A stretch of DNA of 63,531 bases, filler included, from Reticulomyxa filosa (lineage: Eukaryota > Protista > Foraminifera): assembly GCA_000512085.1 (NCBI GenBank). It is 16 parts of 16 records of this genome, joined end to end, with 100 filler letters (N's around TTAATTAATTAA, not from the genome) between each part and the next. Parts side by side here need not be neighbours in the genome. Positions count along the whole stretch, not along the records: positions 9,439 to 13,953 come from ASPP01022132.1; positions 14,054 to 16,094 come from ASPP01010216.1; positions 16,195 to 19,115 come from ASPP01001617.1; positions 19,216 to 31,152 come from ASPP01020107.1; 12 more parts are not named here. One strand, written 5' to 3'. Below the pieces are notes generated by a model, which ran no database searches, had not been told where the DNA came from, and saw only the letters and a program-made list of their open reading frames with translations. Below are positions 12,885-25,971 of the stretch, one piece after another; position 1 is the stretch's first letter; each line of letters begins with the position of its first letter. The translations under genes and the position numbers were made by a program.

Positions 12885-14053
12885 TATTACAGATAACCGA
12901 AAAAACTTGACAAAATAAAGATTAAGCCGATTATACAAGAAATCGAATCCAAAACTGAACATTGAGCTTAATTTTTTCAAAGTTTAAAAAAGACATTAAA
13001 TAACAAATGTAGAATATTATTAAGTACTGAATTGTACAAGTTGGAAAAACAGTTAAATTTTAAAAAATGTCTATACCTTATAGAGGTAATAGATTTTCTC
13101 CATGAAAAGCAATTAATTGAATTTTTTTAACAATATTTAAAGCATTGAAATTTTTCTGAAGTGGACAAGAATTTCTTTTTTCAATGATTCATCTTCATTA
13201 CTATGTAGATATGTACCTTTTCTAGATAATTCACATTTCTTTATTCACAAGTTCGCAAAAAATGTCATTAAAATTTATTGCATTAGCGTTTCATCAAGTG
13301 TTCCACAATAAATATGTATTTCAAAATTTCTATTTTCTCATTAAACATTCAATTTGCGATCGTTCAAGTGCAATTGCGTTTTAAAATGATCGCCCTTTTA
13401 AATTCTTTTTTTCTAAAGCACTTGATCAATGCTATTACTTTCGAGCACACAAAACATAAAATAGTTAATTTTAATTAAACAGAACGTGAAGCAAAATGTA
13501 GCAAACACACATAAAAAATCAAAATAATTCAGTTTTTTTTGCATTTTAACTGTATTTTTATCATCATTTTTTTCTGAAAAATGTTAATTTAAATTGGTCT
13601 GTTTATGATAGAGTTATTATGCACACTGTTGTCCCTTTAACTTTTTCTTAAACAACAAAGTGAGATCAAACATCTTTTAATGCTTGCATTCAATCAAATC
13701 AAACAAGTTTAATCATCTTACTTTTCTTTTAGTTAAACCTTTAAAAAAAAACACCTTTCATTTCTTATTCGGCAAAAAGTAAATTATCCCCAAATACGAA
13801 TGTTACCGTTCAATGAACCATAATATAAATTTAAATCATATGTATCATCATTTGCATTGTTTTTCTTTTTCAATCTAATAAATTTAATACACGATATTCC
13901 TTTATCTTTTTCATCATCTCCTTTGATCATATACAATTCATTCTTATTTGATCNNNNNNNNNNNNNNNNNNNNNNNNNNNNNNNNNNNNNNNNNNNNTTA
14001 ATTAATTAANNNNNNNNNNNNNNNNNNNNNNNNNNNNNNNNNNNNNNNNNNNN

Positions 14054-14963
14054 CCCCCCCCCCACAAATGTTTTGTGTATACGTTATGTTTATGGGATAC
14101 AACATCTAACCTTTTTTTTTTTTTAAAAAAAAAAAGGAGAGAATAAATTTATTTATTTATTTTTTTTTGGGTGATTTAACAATGAATTCAGGAAATGGAG
14201 TTGCAATGGATGATTCTTCCATCAGTTGGCTCATTTGATAGAAAAAGATCTGTCCATAGCTGTCGCCGGCGGCCAACAGATGGCCATCTCGATGAATATC
14301 AGACCTCCAGCACCCACCTCCGCTAATGATTGTATTGTCAAAAATGGCGTTCTTTGCCTGTTCAATGAGCTTTGTGGATTGCCAAATGACCTTGGTATTG
14401 GTCGTCACTTGCGACGAGGACTTGGATTCCGTATCTCCTCCTTCCGCTTTGATGCTTGTGTTCTCACTTGTGCTTGCATTTGTGTCGGCCATACTTTTGT
14501 TCAATCTTTCAATGTGTGTACTTGTTAATGGATTGACCATGTCGATGTAACTGATAAACTTCAAGTCAAGGGTGTTCAAGTTCAGATGATACAACAACAC
14601 GTGTCCATTCATACATGTGATGTTGATGATCACCCCTCCTCTTCCTCCTCCTGAACCATACTTCATCGTCGATGCTCGGATGTCACTTATTGGCGCTGCT
14701 TTTATCTTTATTGCCTTCTCCAACTTTAGATCGCGCTGAATTGTTTGCTGACGGTCCGCCATTTCTGCGTCCTCGTCTGTTTCTGGCTTTATCTCGTTAA
14801 TGTCTTTCACTGTCGTCGAATAATTCCAAAGCTTCAGTGTTCCGTCCACTCCTCCTGTTAATAACAAGTCCTTATCAGGCAACCAACACAAGGTCCAACC
14901 TCCATCTTTATACGCTTGCTCCACCAATGGAGTTCCCAGCGTTACTGTTGAACGATTGGACAT
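14054..14963 (-). CDS. WD40 protein, possibly SKI8/WDR61-like; 5' part only
   Basis: The N-terminus QAYKDGGWTLCW...LLTGGVDGTLKLW resembles the first WDR61 repeat; also DGHLLAAGDSYGQI. Truncated by the contig end. Confidence 0.55.
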
Positions 14964-15531
14964 TGCACAATTATTCCAAAATTATTTCTTTTTGTTGATG
15001 CTCAGCCCCCTGAACCTTGCCACTGTTCAGCTGTCGAACTTTGACTGCAGTCCGAACTATGATAGGTCAAAAATATCATTAATTTTGTAAACATATTTTA
15101 ATGGATGTCCTTGGACTGATTTGAAGACACTATAATAAGCTTTCATCGCTGCCTACTCTTTTATTATTCAAACTTCAATTTGGTATTAAGTTTTAGTTTT
15201 CCTTCTCGCCCTTTTTTAGTGTGATTGTTCAAATTCAACTGGAAATAATAGTATATCGTCATGGAGGCACACGTTAAAGTTTTACTTCTTATATACGAAA
15301 ATAAAGTTATGTTTTCAAAAATAAATTTTTTAGAGACGCTTTTCAAAATTGGATCAAATGTCGAAACTTTGTGCAACGTATTTGTTAATATTTCGAAATA
15401 CACTTATTATTGACTAAAACTAAAAGTAATTTTGGATCCCGTTTCGAGACTTTAAACGGCTAAACAAGACGTTTTTTGGGGTTTATTACGTTCAGGTAAA
15501 TTTTTTTTTTTGGATCATCATAAATCTTTTC

Positions 15532-16094
15532 ATGAAGCTTGCTAAGCGTATTTACCGGGCAAATGGAACTAATAATCGTTGGTTCAATTCAACTACGACC
15601 CCAGGAAAAACAACGGACGTGGTAATAGTCGGGGGAGGTGTAATGGGGCTGAACATTGCGCATCAGTTGGCACGCAGAAACAAAGCAATCAAAGTCAAGT
15701 TGTTTGAAAAGTTTCCGGGGAGCGGCTACGGAAGTACAGGTGCATCAAGCGGTATTTTGAGATGTCTGTATTCAAAAGATCCAATGGTGAAGTTTGCAGT
15801 CGATGGCATGTATTTATACAAAAATTGGAATGACTATCTGCAACTGCCGCCAAGCGAAGCCACGTTATTTTGTTTTTTAAGTTTGTGTTCTGTTTTTTTT
15901 TTGTTTTTTTTTTCCTTTCTCCCAAAGGGGGGGAAAGGGAGTTCATTATGTTGGATTTTTGGAACAAGTTTTGAAGTTGTTAATAATTAAATTACAATCA
16001 CAAAAAAAAAAAAAGGGGAGGGGGGGGGTGGATCGAAAAAACGCAACTCAAAAAAAAAAAATAGGGCAAAGTTTACGCACACTGGACTATTGAT
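15532..16094 (+). CDS. FAD-dependent oxidoreductase (DAO/sarcosine oxidase family), 5' part; intron 15864-16064
   Basis: DVVIVGGGVMG Rossmann motif and GSTGASSGILR; splicing gives EAT-AKFTHTGLL; basic N-terminus resembles a mitochondrial presequence. Confidence 0.9.
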
Positions 16095-16255
16095 NNNNNN
16101 NNNNNNNNNNNNNNNNNNNNNNNNNNNNNNNNNNNNNNTTAATTAATTAANNNNNNNNNNNNNNNNNNNNNNNNNNNNNNNNNNNNNNNNNNNNTTTTTT
16201 TTTTTTTTGGAAAAATTCCTCTTTTTTTTTTTTTTTTTTTTGAAAAATACAAAAG

Positions 16256-16633
16256 CGATTGACGTGGGATACCGTAAGCAATTGGCTTGATGAACTGTCC
16301 GGTGGTCAAAAACAACGCGTTGCTATGGCAAGAGTGTTCTATCATCGCCCGAAATTTGCCATTTTGGACGAATGCACCAGTGGCGTGGACCCATTGGGAG
16401 AACAGACTTTGTACACTCTGTGCAAGCAAAAGTACAAAATCACTTTGCTGACCATTTCTCATCGCATCAGCGTGTGGGACTATCACGACTATATGCTTGA
16501 CTTGGATCCCGCCGATAGCAAAGATTATGAAGATGCCAACGATGAATCAAATCATGTCTCCAACAAAGTGGAGTACAGATTCGAACGCATGGCTGATTAC
16601 AAACGTATCAAAGCCTCGCAGTTGCATAAGTAG
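16256..16633 (+). CDS. Peroxisomal ABC transporter subfamily D, last exon
   Basis: NWLDELSGGQKQRVAMARVFYHRPKFAILDECTS...ITLLTISHR...YHDYML is typical of the ABCD nucleotide-binding domain. Confidence 0.93.
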   Translation, partial: RLTWDTVSNWLDELSGGQKQRVAMARVFYHRPKFAILDECTSGVDPLGEQTLYTLCKQKYKITLLTISHRISVWDYHDYMLDLDPADSKDYEDANDESNHVSNKVEYRFERMADYKRIKASQLHK

Positions 16634-17199
16634 AAGTATGTCATATCTAAAGGATATTTGCCTATCTTCTTTGAAGGCGCTTTTTTTCCTCCAAACATTT
16701 TTTTTTTTTAAAAAAACCCTTTTTGGCTTGTTATTTGATTTTGAAATTTTTTTGTTGATACCCCCTTCTCCAAAAGGGGGTGTCAATTTAACCCCTCCCT
16801 CCCCTTTTTTTTTTGTGTTTTACTTTTTTTGTCCATTGATGGGACGAAAAAAGTGTCTCATGTTTTAAACTGCCTTTCACCTAATCATTTTTCAACAAAT
16901 GTGAAGAGAATCTTTTATTCCAAAAAAAAATGTTTGGATGATATTTGTTCGTGGGCAAATTTCACTTTAATTCTTAAACACTTTTTTGACCCTTTTGAGA
17001 TTTCACTTTTGATAAATGTTGAAGTTGATGTTTTTTATGTCAGCCCATTTTTGTAAAAAATTTCTTATCAACAAATATGCGTAATTACAAATCCACTTAA
17101 AACAGCACCACTTTCAAAGAAATAAACACTTCATGTGTATTTATGCTTACTAAGGTCTAAATTCAAAATATTAATATTATCAACACTTTCACAATTGAC

Positions 17200-18701
17200 A
17201 AGTTCAACTTCTACTTCATATACAAGTTCTTCCAAGTGTCAACAACTTCTTTATTATATTAACTAGTTGCTACTGTATGGCAAGTCCCTATTATAAGTAT
17301 CTGAACGTCAAGGGAACGGATGAATCCCCAGTAGTTTAAACTTCATATCATGTTGAAATCTTGTCATTACTAATAATTTTTCAACTTTAGTCAATGCTCT
17401 GGTTAATTGACAAGAAATCAGCTATAACATTTTCTGTACTAGTGAAATAACGAGCTTCAAATGAAAACTCACTTAGTTGCAACGTTCATCTGGAGAGCCT
17501 ACCGTTGAATTGTTTCACTGTAGTGAAAATAATGAAGATATGTTTTTGTTGTCAGTGTATGCTATAAATTTACTTAATAACAAATAGTGCATATATTTTT
17601 GTATATCTTCTGCTTTGACACTATCAGCAACGGACTCCAAATCTTGATCATCCCGATTATACATTCTCAAATTTTTCATTCTCCAATATCAACGCATAAC
17701 CTAGCCGACGTAATGCAATCCTAGATAAAATAAAATTATTTGGCAAATTTGGTACTACATAGAATTTTTCCTTAAACAATGATGTGTTCTTGTTTTTGAC
17801 GTTCTTTAGATTGAGCTATATTTTTTCTTGTAGTGTAATGGATCATCCTCATGTGCAACAATGAACGCAAACTCATACTTTGTTAGCAAGTGTCTATGTT
17901 TACTTGTAATATAGTCGCTCAATGCGCACATCGATGCTACAGTATATTCAATTGCTTTTATTGTACCCATTCCTTTAGTGTACAATTCGATTACAATTAT
18001 ATCTGGTTTTTCCATCACTTTGTCGACGCCAAGCATTTGAAGTATGTACTCCCCACTTTCTTGATCTGACTGCTGTTCGATTACATGTAATTAATTTTCA
18101 TTGTTTGGACACACTTTGCTTATGATAATGTTCGCTACAATTCCAACACTAATCTTTCCAATAATGCCTTTTAAACGTTATGTCGCTTTTATCTTTTATC
18201 ACTTGCTTTTTTGTAGTTGTAGCTACATTACTTTGGCTCGGCGAGTTAATACCGTCATACGGTTCTTTATACATATCACTTCTTTTCTTATAACCCCATT
18301 TTTCTCTAACTGTAAAAGTTGATTATCTGTAAGCCCAATCAAAATGACTTAATTTGTTTAGTGTGTTTGTTTTTCCTTTTTTTTGACTGTTTCAGTGTCA
18401 ATATGCTTTGTTGAAGTTGCTTTATTATTCTGCACCTCTTGTGGGACGTCAGCTGGAAGAGGTGTACTAAATGTAATACGAAAGTGGTTTTGCTCAAGAA
18501 ACCAATGTTCGATGAAACAAAAGTAAATTAAATAAAAGAAAGATGAATAACGCAACCAAAGAAGAAAACAAAGCAAAAGAGTAAGTGAAGTTGGTTGAGG
18601 AGTTTTAGCCCACTGAGGACTCCCAGGTTCCTTCAACGTTCAGATATTTATAGGGCCTTGCCCTACACTCTCATACAAACGACAACCTCTTCGTACTTAC
18701 A
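17200..18701 (-). mobile_element. Degenerate Ty3/gypsy LTR retrotransposon relic with reverse transcriptase deleted
   Basis: Minus-strand order: LTR, PBS, gag zinc knuckle CWNCSEHYHK..VCPN (~18100-18148, frameshifted), protease (IKAIEYTVAS as a decayed D-T-G-A; FYVVPNLPNNFILSR), then RNase H (KYMHYLLLSKFIAYTDNK...GRLSR*TLQLSEFSFEARYFTSTENVIADFLS, ~17410-17640). Confidence 0.85.
18506..18701 (-). repeat. Putative 5' LTR (196 bp) followed by a primer-binding site at 18492-18504
   Basis: On the minus strand it begins TGTAAG, ends GAACA and contains TATAAAT; after 1 nt comes TGGTTTCTTGAGC, a PBS-like sequence resembling TGGTATCAGAGC. Confidence 0.65.
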
Positions 18702-18850
18702 ATTTTCAAATCGGGTCTGTATTTCTGTTTGCAGAAAATAAGCGTATCAATATGTTGCGTCGACGTCCCCTAAAAATTAATAAATTTGATTTTGGCAATC
18801 ATCCTTGTTTCCATTAAAATAGCAAATCCCTATATTTTTTTTTGGAAGCC

Positions 18851-19025
18851 ATGGCGATGAAACGAGATTAGTTAAGTGAATATTATCCATCAATATTTTG
18901 TTCTTGTTGCACCAAGGGCATGAAAGCAGTGACATTGTGTTGTGTACAACAGCGACTTTTTGTTTAAGCTGGTGCTAATCGGCGACAGTGGCGTTGGGAA
19001 ATCGTGTCTTTTATTACGTTTTGCC
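18851..19025 (+). CDS. RAB1: Rab1/Ypt1-type small GTPase, first two exons (18851-18870, 18953-19025)
   Basis: Splicing gives [31 protein letters not shown], followed by a GTAAGT donor. Confidence 0.88.
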
Positions 19026-19232
19026 GTAAGTAATCTTGATAGTTTGGAGGGTACTTATCGGAGGGAGCAAGGAAAAGAAGTGGGGGGGGGAAGGGAGACG
19101 AAAGGGAGGAGAGAGNNNNNNNNNNNNNNNNNNNNNNNNNNNNNNNNNNNNNNNNNNNNTTAATTAATTAANNNNNNNNNNNNNNNNNNNNNNNNNNNNN
19201 NNNNNNNNNNNNNNNTCCCCCTTTTTTTTTTT

Positions 19233-19706
19233 TGTCGGAACTAATAGGTCCATCCCCGATGGAATATGCCAATGACTATTGTCATTGTTCTTGCCACTTG
19301 TAGCGGTTTGGTAGGGAATGCAATGGATTTGGATTTGATTGTCGATGGTCACTGTGATCGGCTTGGCAGTTGCAATGTGGGTGGCATTGTTTAGATGCTT
19401 GTCCCAACGCACTTTAAATTTGTGCTTCATCTCAAAGTGCATTGCATTGTCGTGATTCCCTGTAATACAAATTTTATACTTAAATTCTTTACGCTCGCCC
19501 AACCATTTGTTGAACGATTGCAAATCCTCCGGGTTCGCAAAGTTTGTAAAGTCACCGCAATGGATTAACACATTGACCGCGCCAGTGCTACTGCTTGGAT
19601 CTGGCAGCTTTAACTGTTCATGATTTCCATGAGTATCTGAAATCACCAAGAAACGATACAATAATAGGGATTTTTGCTCTTCCTCTTTTTTCTCTTCACT
19701 CGACAT
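19233..19706 (-). CDS. Calcineurin-like metallophosphoesterase (MPPED1/2-like), 5' part
   Basis: ISDTHG, LIHCGDFT and KICITGNHD motifs. Confidence 0.92.
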
Positions 19707-20760
19707 TTTTTCCAACTTTTTTCCCCCTTTTGCCACACAAAAATATCGTATCTTTTGCTGGTCTATCCTTTTATTTGTTATTCTGTCATTTTAACGTAGG
19801 ATCTCCGTCTCTTACTCTTTAACAAATGTACACGTAATAAAGATTTAGACCTTGCTTTACAAGTGAAACAGTACATAATTTTGAATAGTAGTTTCAGCAA
19901 ACACCAGGTTGTTTACAAAAAAACAAAAAATCTAACCTGAACTTCTAAATAAAACAAAAAAGTTTGTAAATTGAAGATTTGAGTGCAGATGAAATTAAAT
20001 ACTGTCTTGAAAAGGTAGGGGAAGGAGGGAAAAAAAGAAGGTATTGTCCAAAGGCGGATGTGTGAAGTAGAAAGACCTTGACACGTCTCAGATTAGTGGA
20101 CAAAGAGTAATTACACTTTGGGACAAGTTTCTTTACAAAGACATCAGCAAATTTAAACTGACGTGAAAGTTCACGTTGTTTGTTATTTGTGTTTTTGTGG
20201 AACGATAAAGATAATAACAAGATCACTGTCCCGACATTTTTTGTTTTTTATTTGAGTTCTTTGATCTAAATGCAATGTATGTACGATACAATCATAGCAA
20301 AAAGGTTCGTGGGATTGATCATAACTAAAAATCGAAAACAAGACCATACATTGGACGGCTATCACTTTTTTAAATTTTTTTTTTACGAAGGATTTCAGCG
20401 TTTTATTTCTTTAATGTGTCTTGGTCTGTTATTGTATAATGTGTTTAATGTATTTCGATTCAAATGATATCTTTGTTTCACTAGACATTGCTATTTCTGT
20501 AACTTATACTTTTGGTCTCCTGTAAAAAAACTTTCATGGTCTAAGCAAAAAACTACTAAATTTTTGAGGGCGAAAGGAGTTGAAGTCAAGGTTCAATATC
20601 CCTCGACGATAATAATCCATTTTATTTTTATCCTCTAAGAGTCGTCCTTTCAAAATGGATAACAATTGTCCCAAAGTGCAACAACTGTATGTTTCTTTTG
20701 CATTTGCATTTTGTATCTGTGTCCAGAAAATTCCTGAAATTTGAAATTTTTGACTTTGAA

Positions 20761-21373
20761 ATGGGAGTGGAAAAAACAAAAACATAGTTTGGTGAAAATT
20801 CCAAATGGCAAGACATTAGTAGTGGTAAGAACAAAAAAAGAAAAAAAAGAGAGTGAGGGAATCTGGAAGTGATTTACGCATAGCAGAATACTTTGGGAAA
20901 AAAAAACATAGGACATGACAAGTGAAAGAACAATAGAATCATTGAGTAAAGAATTGGAAGCACAAAGTGGAATAAGAATGGAAGATCAATTGTTGCTGTG
21001 CAACAGATTGATATTGAGTGAAGAACAACACAAGCAAAAGACCTTAAAAGACTTGAATATAGATACAACAGAGAGCATAAATGTCGAATTAAATGTGAGA
21101 ATAAAAGGAGGTCGTTTGCATGGACAAGTATTGCAAAAAACATTGTTATATTTGAGACCACGTGGATACGCTGGACTCAAAGAAGAAAAAATGCATTGTT
21201 TAATGATGGCCAAGTTGGTCAATACCAAACAAATTCACTTATTGGTTTTGATCCATTACTTTTATGCAAGGATTGCCTTGATCTCTAATCGCACGGAGTT
21301 TGTTGGTTCTGTTCATGCACGAATGCGAGGTCTTGAAATGCAAAAGCGCTCTTTCTTGTTTCCACGTCATTGA
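20761..21373 (+). CDS. Ubiquitin-like domain fusion protein, possibly degenerate; intron about 20825-20910
   Basis: LVKIPNGKTLVV-DMTSERTIESLSKELEAQSGIRMEDQLLLCN...KTLKDLNI...LNVRIKGG is a Ubl fold ending in a di-Gly, followed by an unrecognised extension. The start frame is disturbed in an A-run. Confidence 0.7.
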
Positions 21374-22271
21374 TTCGCTTTGGTTTTTTTTTTGTCAATA
21401 AATCACATTTTTTGCAATGTCAAAAGCATGTTTCTGAATTAAAAAGTTATAAAGTGCTCAGAAGATGTGATAATCTTTATTGCAAATTTCTATTGTTGCA
21501 AAAATTGTTATAACCAATCTCTTTGAACAAATTGTTTCATTTCCTGTTTTGGATCTCTTCTCTTTTACATTCCGTTTTGTAGCCTCAAAAGATTTAAAAA
21601 TAATGATTACAAAATAAATTAACCAAATTTGCTTTGTCACAGTGCAAGGCTCTCTACTGCTTATGGTAAATTCATAATTGTACAAGCTATAAGAAGACGC
21701 AACAATCAAATCTCTATCTCACTCATTTTATTTTTCGGCCTTAGTTTCACAAAGTAAGATGTTTTACCTTTATTGCCAAGGACAGCACTCGAAAAAGATG
21801 GTGATAAATAATGTGAGGACAAAAATTCTAATTACACTAAAAAAAACATTTAAAAAAGTAAAACAAAAACATTGCAACACATCAAGTCCACAAAAAGGCA
21901 AAAAAAAAAATTACTGAAAAAGCAACAACAGAAGCCCGTGTTGTACAAATATAACAAAATCAACAAAACAAAGTGTTGATAAATATTAGAAAACAGTTGT
22001 TTCCCACGAAAAGCATAAGAACATTTGTCTATGACATAAATTAATATCGAGCGAGATTGAGAAGGTAATATATTGCTATCGAGAAAATTGGAACGAAGTT
22101 TATCATTTGATCCTTTTATTTTTACAAAGTAAACAATGGCAACAAAATTGGTCCGTGATGTTACTTACGAGAAAATAAAACAACTTTGAAGGCCTTTGTC
22201 TACAGCAGCAATGTCCTTTCCCGACAAATTAATTGGCAGGAGAAGCGAATGTTATTTTGATTAGTTTTGTG

Positions 22272-23340
22272 TTATCCCCACAATCGAATTATTTTGTCTC
22301 CACAAGAAGACACAATAGTGCAACCGTCAGGAGAAAATTGTGCCCCTGTAACACAATCCAAGTGCCCTCCCAATGTTTGCATTTCTCTCCCTGAGCCGAC
22401 GTCCCATAATCGAACAGTCTTATCCCATGAATATGACACAATGCTATAGCCATCTGGTGAAAATCGTGCTCCGGTAACAACACTTGAATGTCCCACAAGT
22501 CTTTGGATTTCCATCCCTGATTTCAAATCCCACAAGCGGACAAAGCGGTCCCATGATGAAGATAGCATAACAAAGCCATCAGGAGAGAATTGCACTGCAG
22601 TAACGTAAGTGTCTTGTTCAAATTTTTGAATCTCTTTTCCTGATAGCACATCCCACAAACGAATTGTTTTGTCATCTGAACACGATGCAACAATGTGGCC
22701 ATTGGGTGAAAATTGTGCCCCTGTCACACGACTGGAATGACCCTGGAACCTGTTTATCTCTTTTCCAGATTGAATGTCCCAAATACGAACTGTTTGATCA
22801 AACGAGCATGACAAAATAGTCCTTCCATCGGGTGAAAATTGTGTACTTGTCACAAAACCTGAATGTCCTTCCAATTTTTGTATTTCAATTGCTGATTTTA
22901 CATCCCATAATCGAATTGTTGTATCTAATGAGCAAGATACAATCGTTTGACCATCAGATGAAAACTGTACTTCCGACACCACATTTAAATGTCCTTCCAA
23001 TTTTTTCACACATAAACCAGACTTTACGTCCCATATCAATATTTTTTTATCTGAAGAACTGGACACAATTGTACGACCATCCGGTGAAAATTGAACACAA
23101 GTTACCATACCAAAATGACCTTCAAAGGTTTTTATTTTCCGAAAAATTTTCGCCTTTGAATTTTATTGCAATTTAGAATTATTCTGTTTCATGCAAAACA
23201 AAAAAAATATATATATATAACCAAATAACACAACATCTCAACATATTTTGCAATAATTTGATTGAATTCTTGTATCCATCCCCAATTAGTTGACAATATG
23301 TGCAACCAATTTTCAACAATTAATTGGATTGCTTTTTGTG
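22272..23340 (-). CDS. WD40-repeat protein, same expanded family as 11694-12884
   Basis: Seven FSPDG-type repeats; an upstream exon reads AIQLIVENWLHILSTNWGWIQEFNQIIAKY. The true start is probably further upstream. Confidence 0.92.
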
Positions 23341-23853
23341 TCTAATTTTTATAAGCTCATATTGTATGATTCACTTCTAGACGCTGATAAGAAGGTGTAT
23401 AACATTTATTTCAATTGGATAAGCGACCATAAAAGGTTTTAAACATACCAAATAGATAGTTTGTGGTTTCTTTTCGAGTTGTTTGTTTTTTCTTTCTTTA
23501 TTGTAACGATTATGTCTCATGATTCTGAAAAGTTCAATTTTCGAACTTAAGAACTTTTTTACGAAGAAAACAAGCTTTAGAAATTGAAAGATATATTCAT
23601 ATGAAAAATTTTTCGTAGTTGTTCGTCATATTTCTTTGCTTGTAAATTAATTGATGTTCACTTTTCAATTTCTGCATATAATAAAGATGCTCCAATAATT
23701 ATTTATTTGAGTTGGTCATTTTTTCACAAATTGCCTGATTTTTTCCATTTGGAAAAGATGAAGTGTAAAATCTAGACAAATAATTCCATGCAATCAAAAA
23801 GCCGTCTTTAAACAAAGTCGGGGTCCGTTGCGAGAAGAAGAAATTGTTACGGA

Positions 23854-25441
23854 ATGGCAGAACTTTTAAAAGCTTCAATGGCAACCGAAGACTGGAAAAA
23901 ACTAATTTTGAAAACAGACCCAAAAGAAGATTGGCATTATCTGTCGGAAGGCAATGCAAACATTGTGTTCACTTGCCGTAAATCGAACACCCCGCTGGCA
24001 GGTTTCGTTTTGAGGCTGTCCAAACAAAGAGACTTCAAGTTTTTTTTTTTTTTTATATTGTGGTAATAACCAACAAGACATGTTAGAAAAGATGTGAGTG
24101 AAAAACTGACCAAACAGACAACAATTATGGCCCCATGACTTGGCAACAAAGTGGCTGGGAAAAGAATACATCGGTGACATTGTATATCCGATTTCTATTC
24201 CGAAAGAATTTTCGAAGACGCTTGTCGAAACCTGGGACAAAAGTCGTCCCACACATCGCAAGGGACAAGACGAATGTGAAACAGAGTTGTGCGAAGAAGC
24301 GTGTCTAATGTACAATTGGTGCCAACTGCCAATGGCAGCCAATGTCCCAACGAAGCCGGGCAAGATGTTTACGTGGGAAATCAAGCCAAAGAATTTGTTT
24401 CTGAGCAGCTCTCCATTTATTGACGACAGTCACATTCGCAAACTGGTATGTGAGTTTTCTCGACTCCAATGGCATAAACACAAGAACAAAGATGAAAGCA
24501 TTTGCAAACACTGTCCTTTGAATCTGTTGTTCAAACACAACCAAGACAAAACACCAAAGTTATTTCTCAGTGAATTGTTAAAATGTGTTGGAAAACAATC
24601 TTATTTGAAAGTCTTTGCACACGTTAGTGCCGACTCTTCCATTCCACTCACAACATTGTGTGAAATAAAGGATTTTGAACACACTTTGGAAAACTGGAAT
24701 GTGTTGTTGGAAATCTTTTCTGATATTTTGCAACAACATCTCAATTTGTTTGTTAAGTTGTCATTATTGCAAAAACTTGATTGCTACGACATTGAATATG
24801 TCCACGCGTGCTATCGCCATTTGCACACGTTGCAACATGGCGCGCTCTATTTGTCTCAAATCTCTCTTTGCAGTGAGTACTCGTCTTCCTCGCTCGTTCA
24901 AAGCGATAACAAACAGGACGATGCTAATGACGAATATAAACAATCTCAAACGATCGCTTTAGAAAAAGCTTATAAACAACTGCAAGTGTTAGAGCATAAA
25001 CACTTGTCTTCAAACAGCCAAATAAATTCTTCTCTTTCCAATAATGCTTGCCATTGTTCCAAAGTCGAATCTCTTAGAAACAAGACGGTTGCTTGGAACA
25101 CAAATGTTCGTCATACCCTTATTCAGCAAAGTGTTCAATCCAACCAGCCCTCCGAACTCGTGGATGTTATTAACCAATATATGGTATCCCGGGTTTTCAG
25201 AGATTGTTCTGTCATTGTCACATTTGATAGTAACAGTTTTGTTTTTTATTTACATTCAAAGTGTTCATCAAATACGTCCTCATTTTTGGATACAGATCCA
25301 AAGTCGTATTGTATTGGAGTCATTGATTTGGACCCCAAGCCAGCTCAAAGAATTAAAGACAAATGGATTGATGTAGAAACCGAAATTTTGGATCACTATG
25401 TTATCAAAGTCCTCGGCAGTGATTCTCCCTCCAACAAATAA
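23854..25441 (+). CDS. IPK1: Inositol-pentakisphosphate 2-kinase; intron 24039-24117 and a possible in-frame intron 25236-25295
   Basis: WHYLSEGNANIVF, WEIKPK, QKLD, FRDCSVIV and VIDLDPKP motifs; splicing 24038 to 24118 restores the frame (DFK-QQLWPHDLATKW). Confidence 0.88.
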
Positions 25442-25971
25442 TAAAAAGCCTTTCGTAACTATTCGTCCATTTTCAATTTTTAAATTTGCTTCATTCAATG
25501 ATTAAGTTTTTGTTTTTGAAATTTTAATTCATAATTAAAATCCATTAGATTGCTTTTAAATAAAAATTCACAATTTTTTCCAATTGTTCAAGATAAAAAA
25601 AAAAGGAACAGTGGTTAAAAATGCCATTTTTAAAAAGGATATGTCCAGAAAAGATCAGTGCCGTAAATAATATTTGAAATGATGTTTACAGTTCAAAAAC
25701 CCATTCTTTGAACACGCAAAGTAAAACTTCGGTAATTCGCAGTTATTTTATTCCTGTGTTTTTAGAATAGCAGACAGACGCATATTACATTTATGAATAA
25801 TATTTGTTTGCATAAAAGCTTACAACAAACAATAAAGAATATCTTGTAAATCACCGAAAGACATATTTTGGATTGTATTGTCAATAAGTGAAACGAAAGT
25901 ATTTGTGGCACATCAATTTTTGTTATTTTTTTAAAAAAAAAAAAGCAATTGGACATTCAAAGTCACCAAAG

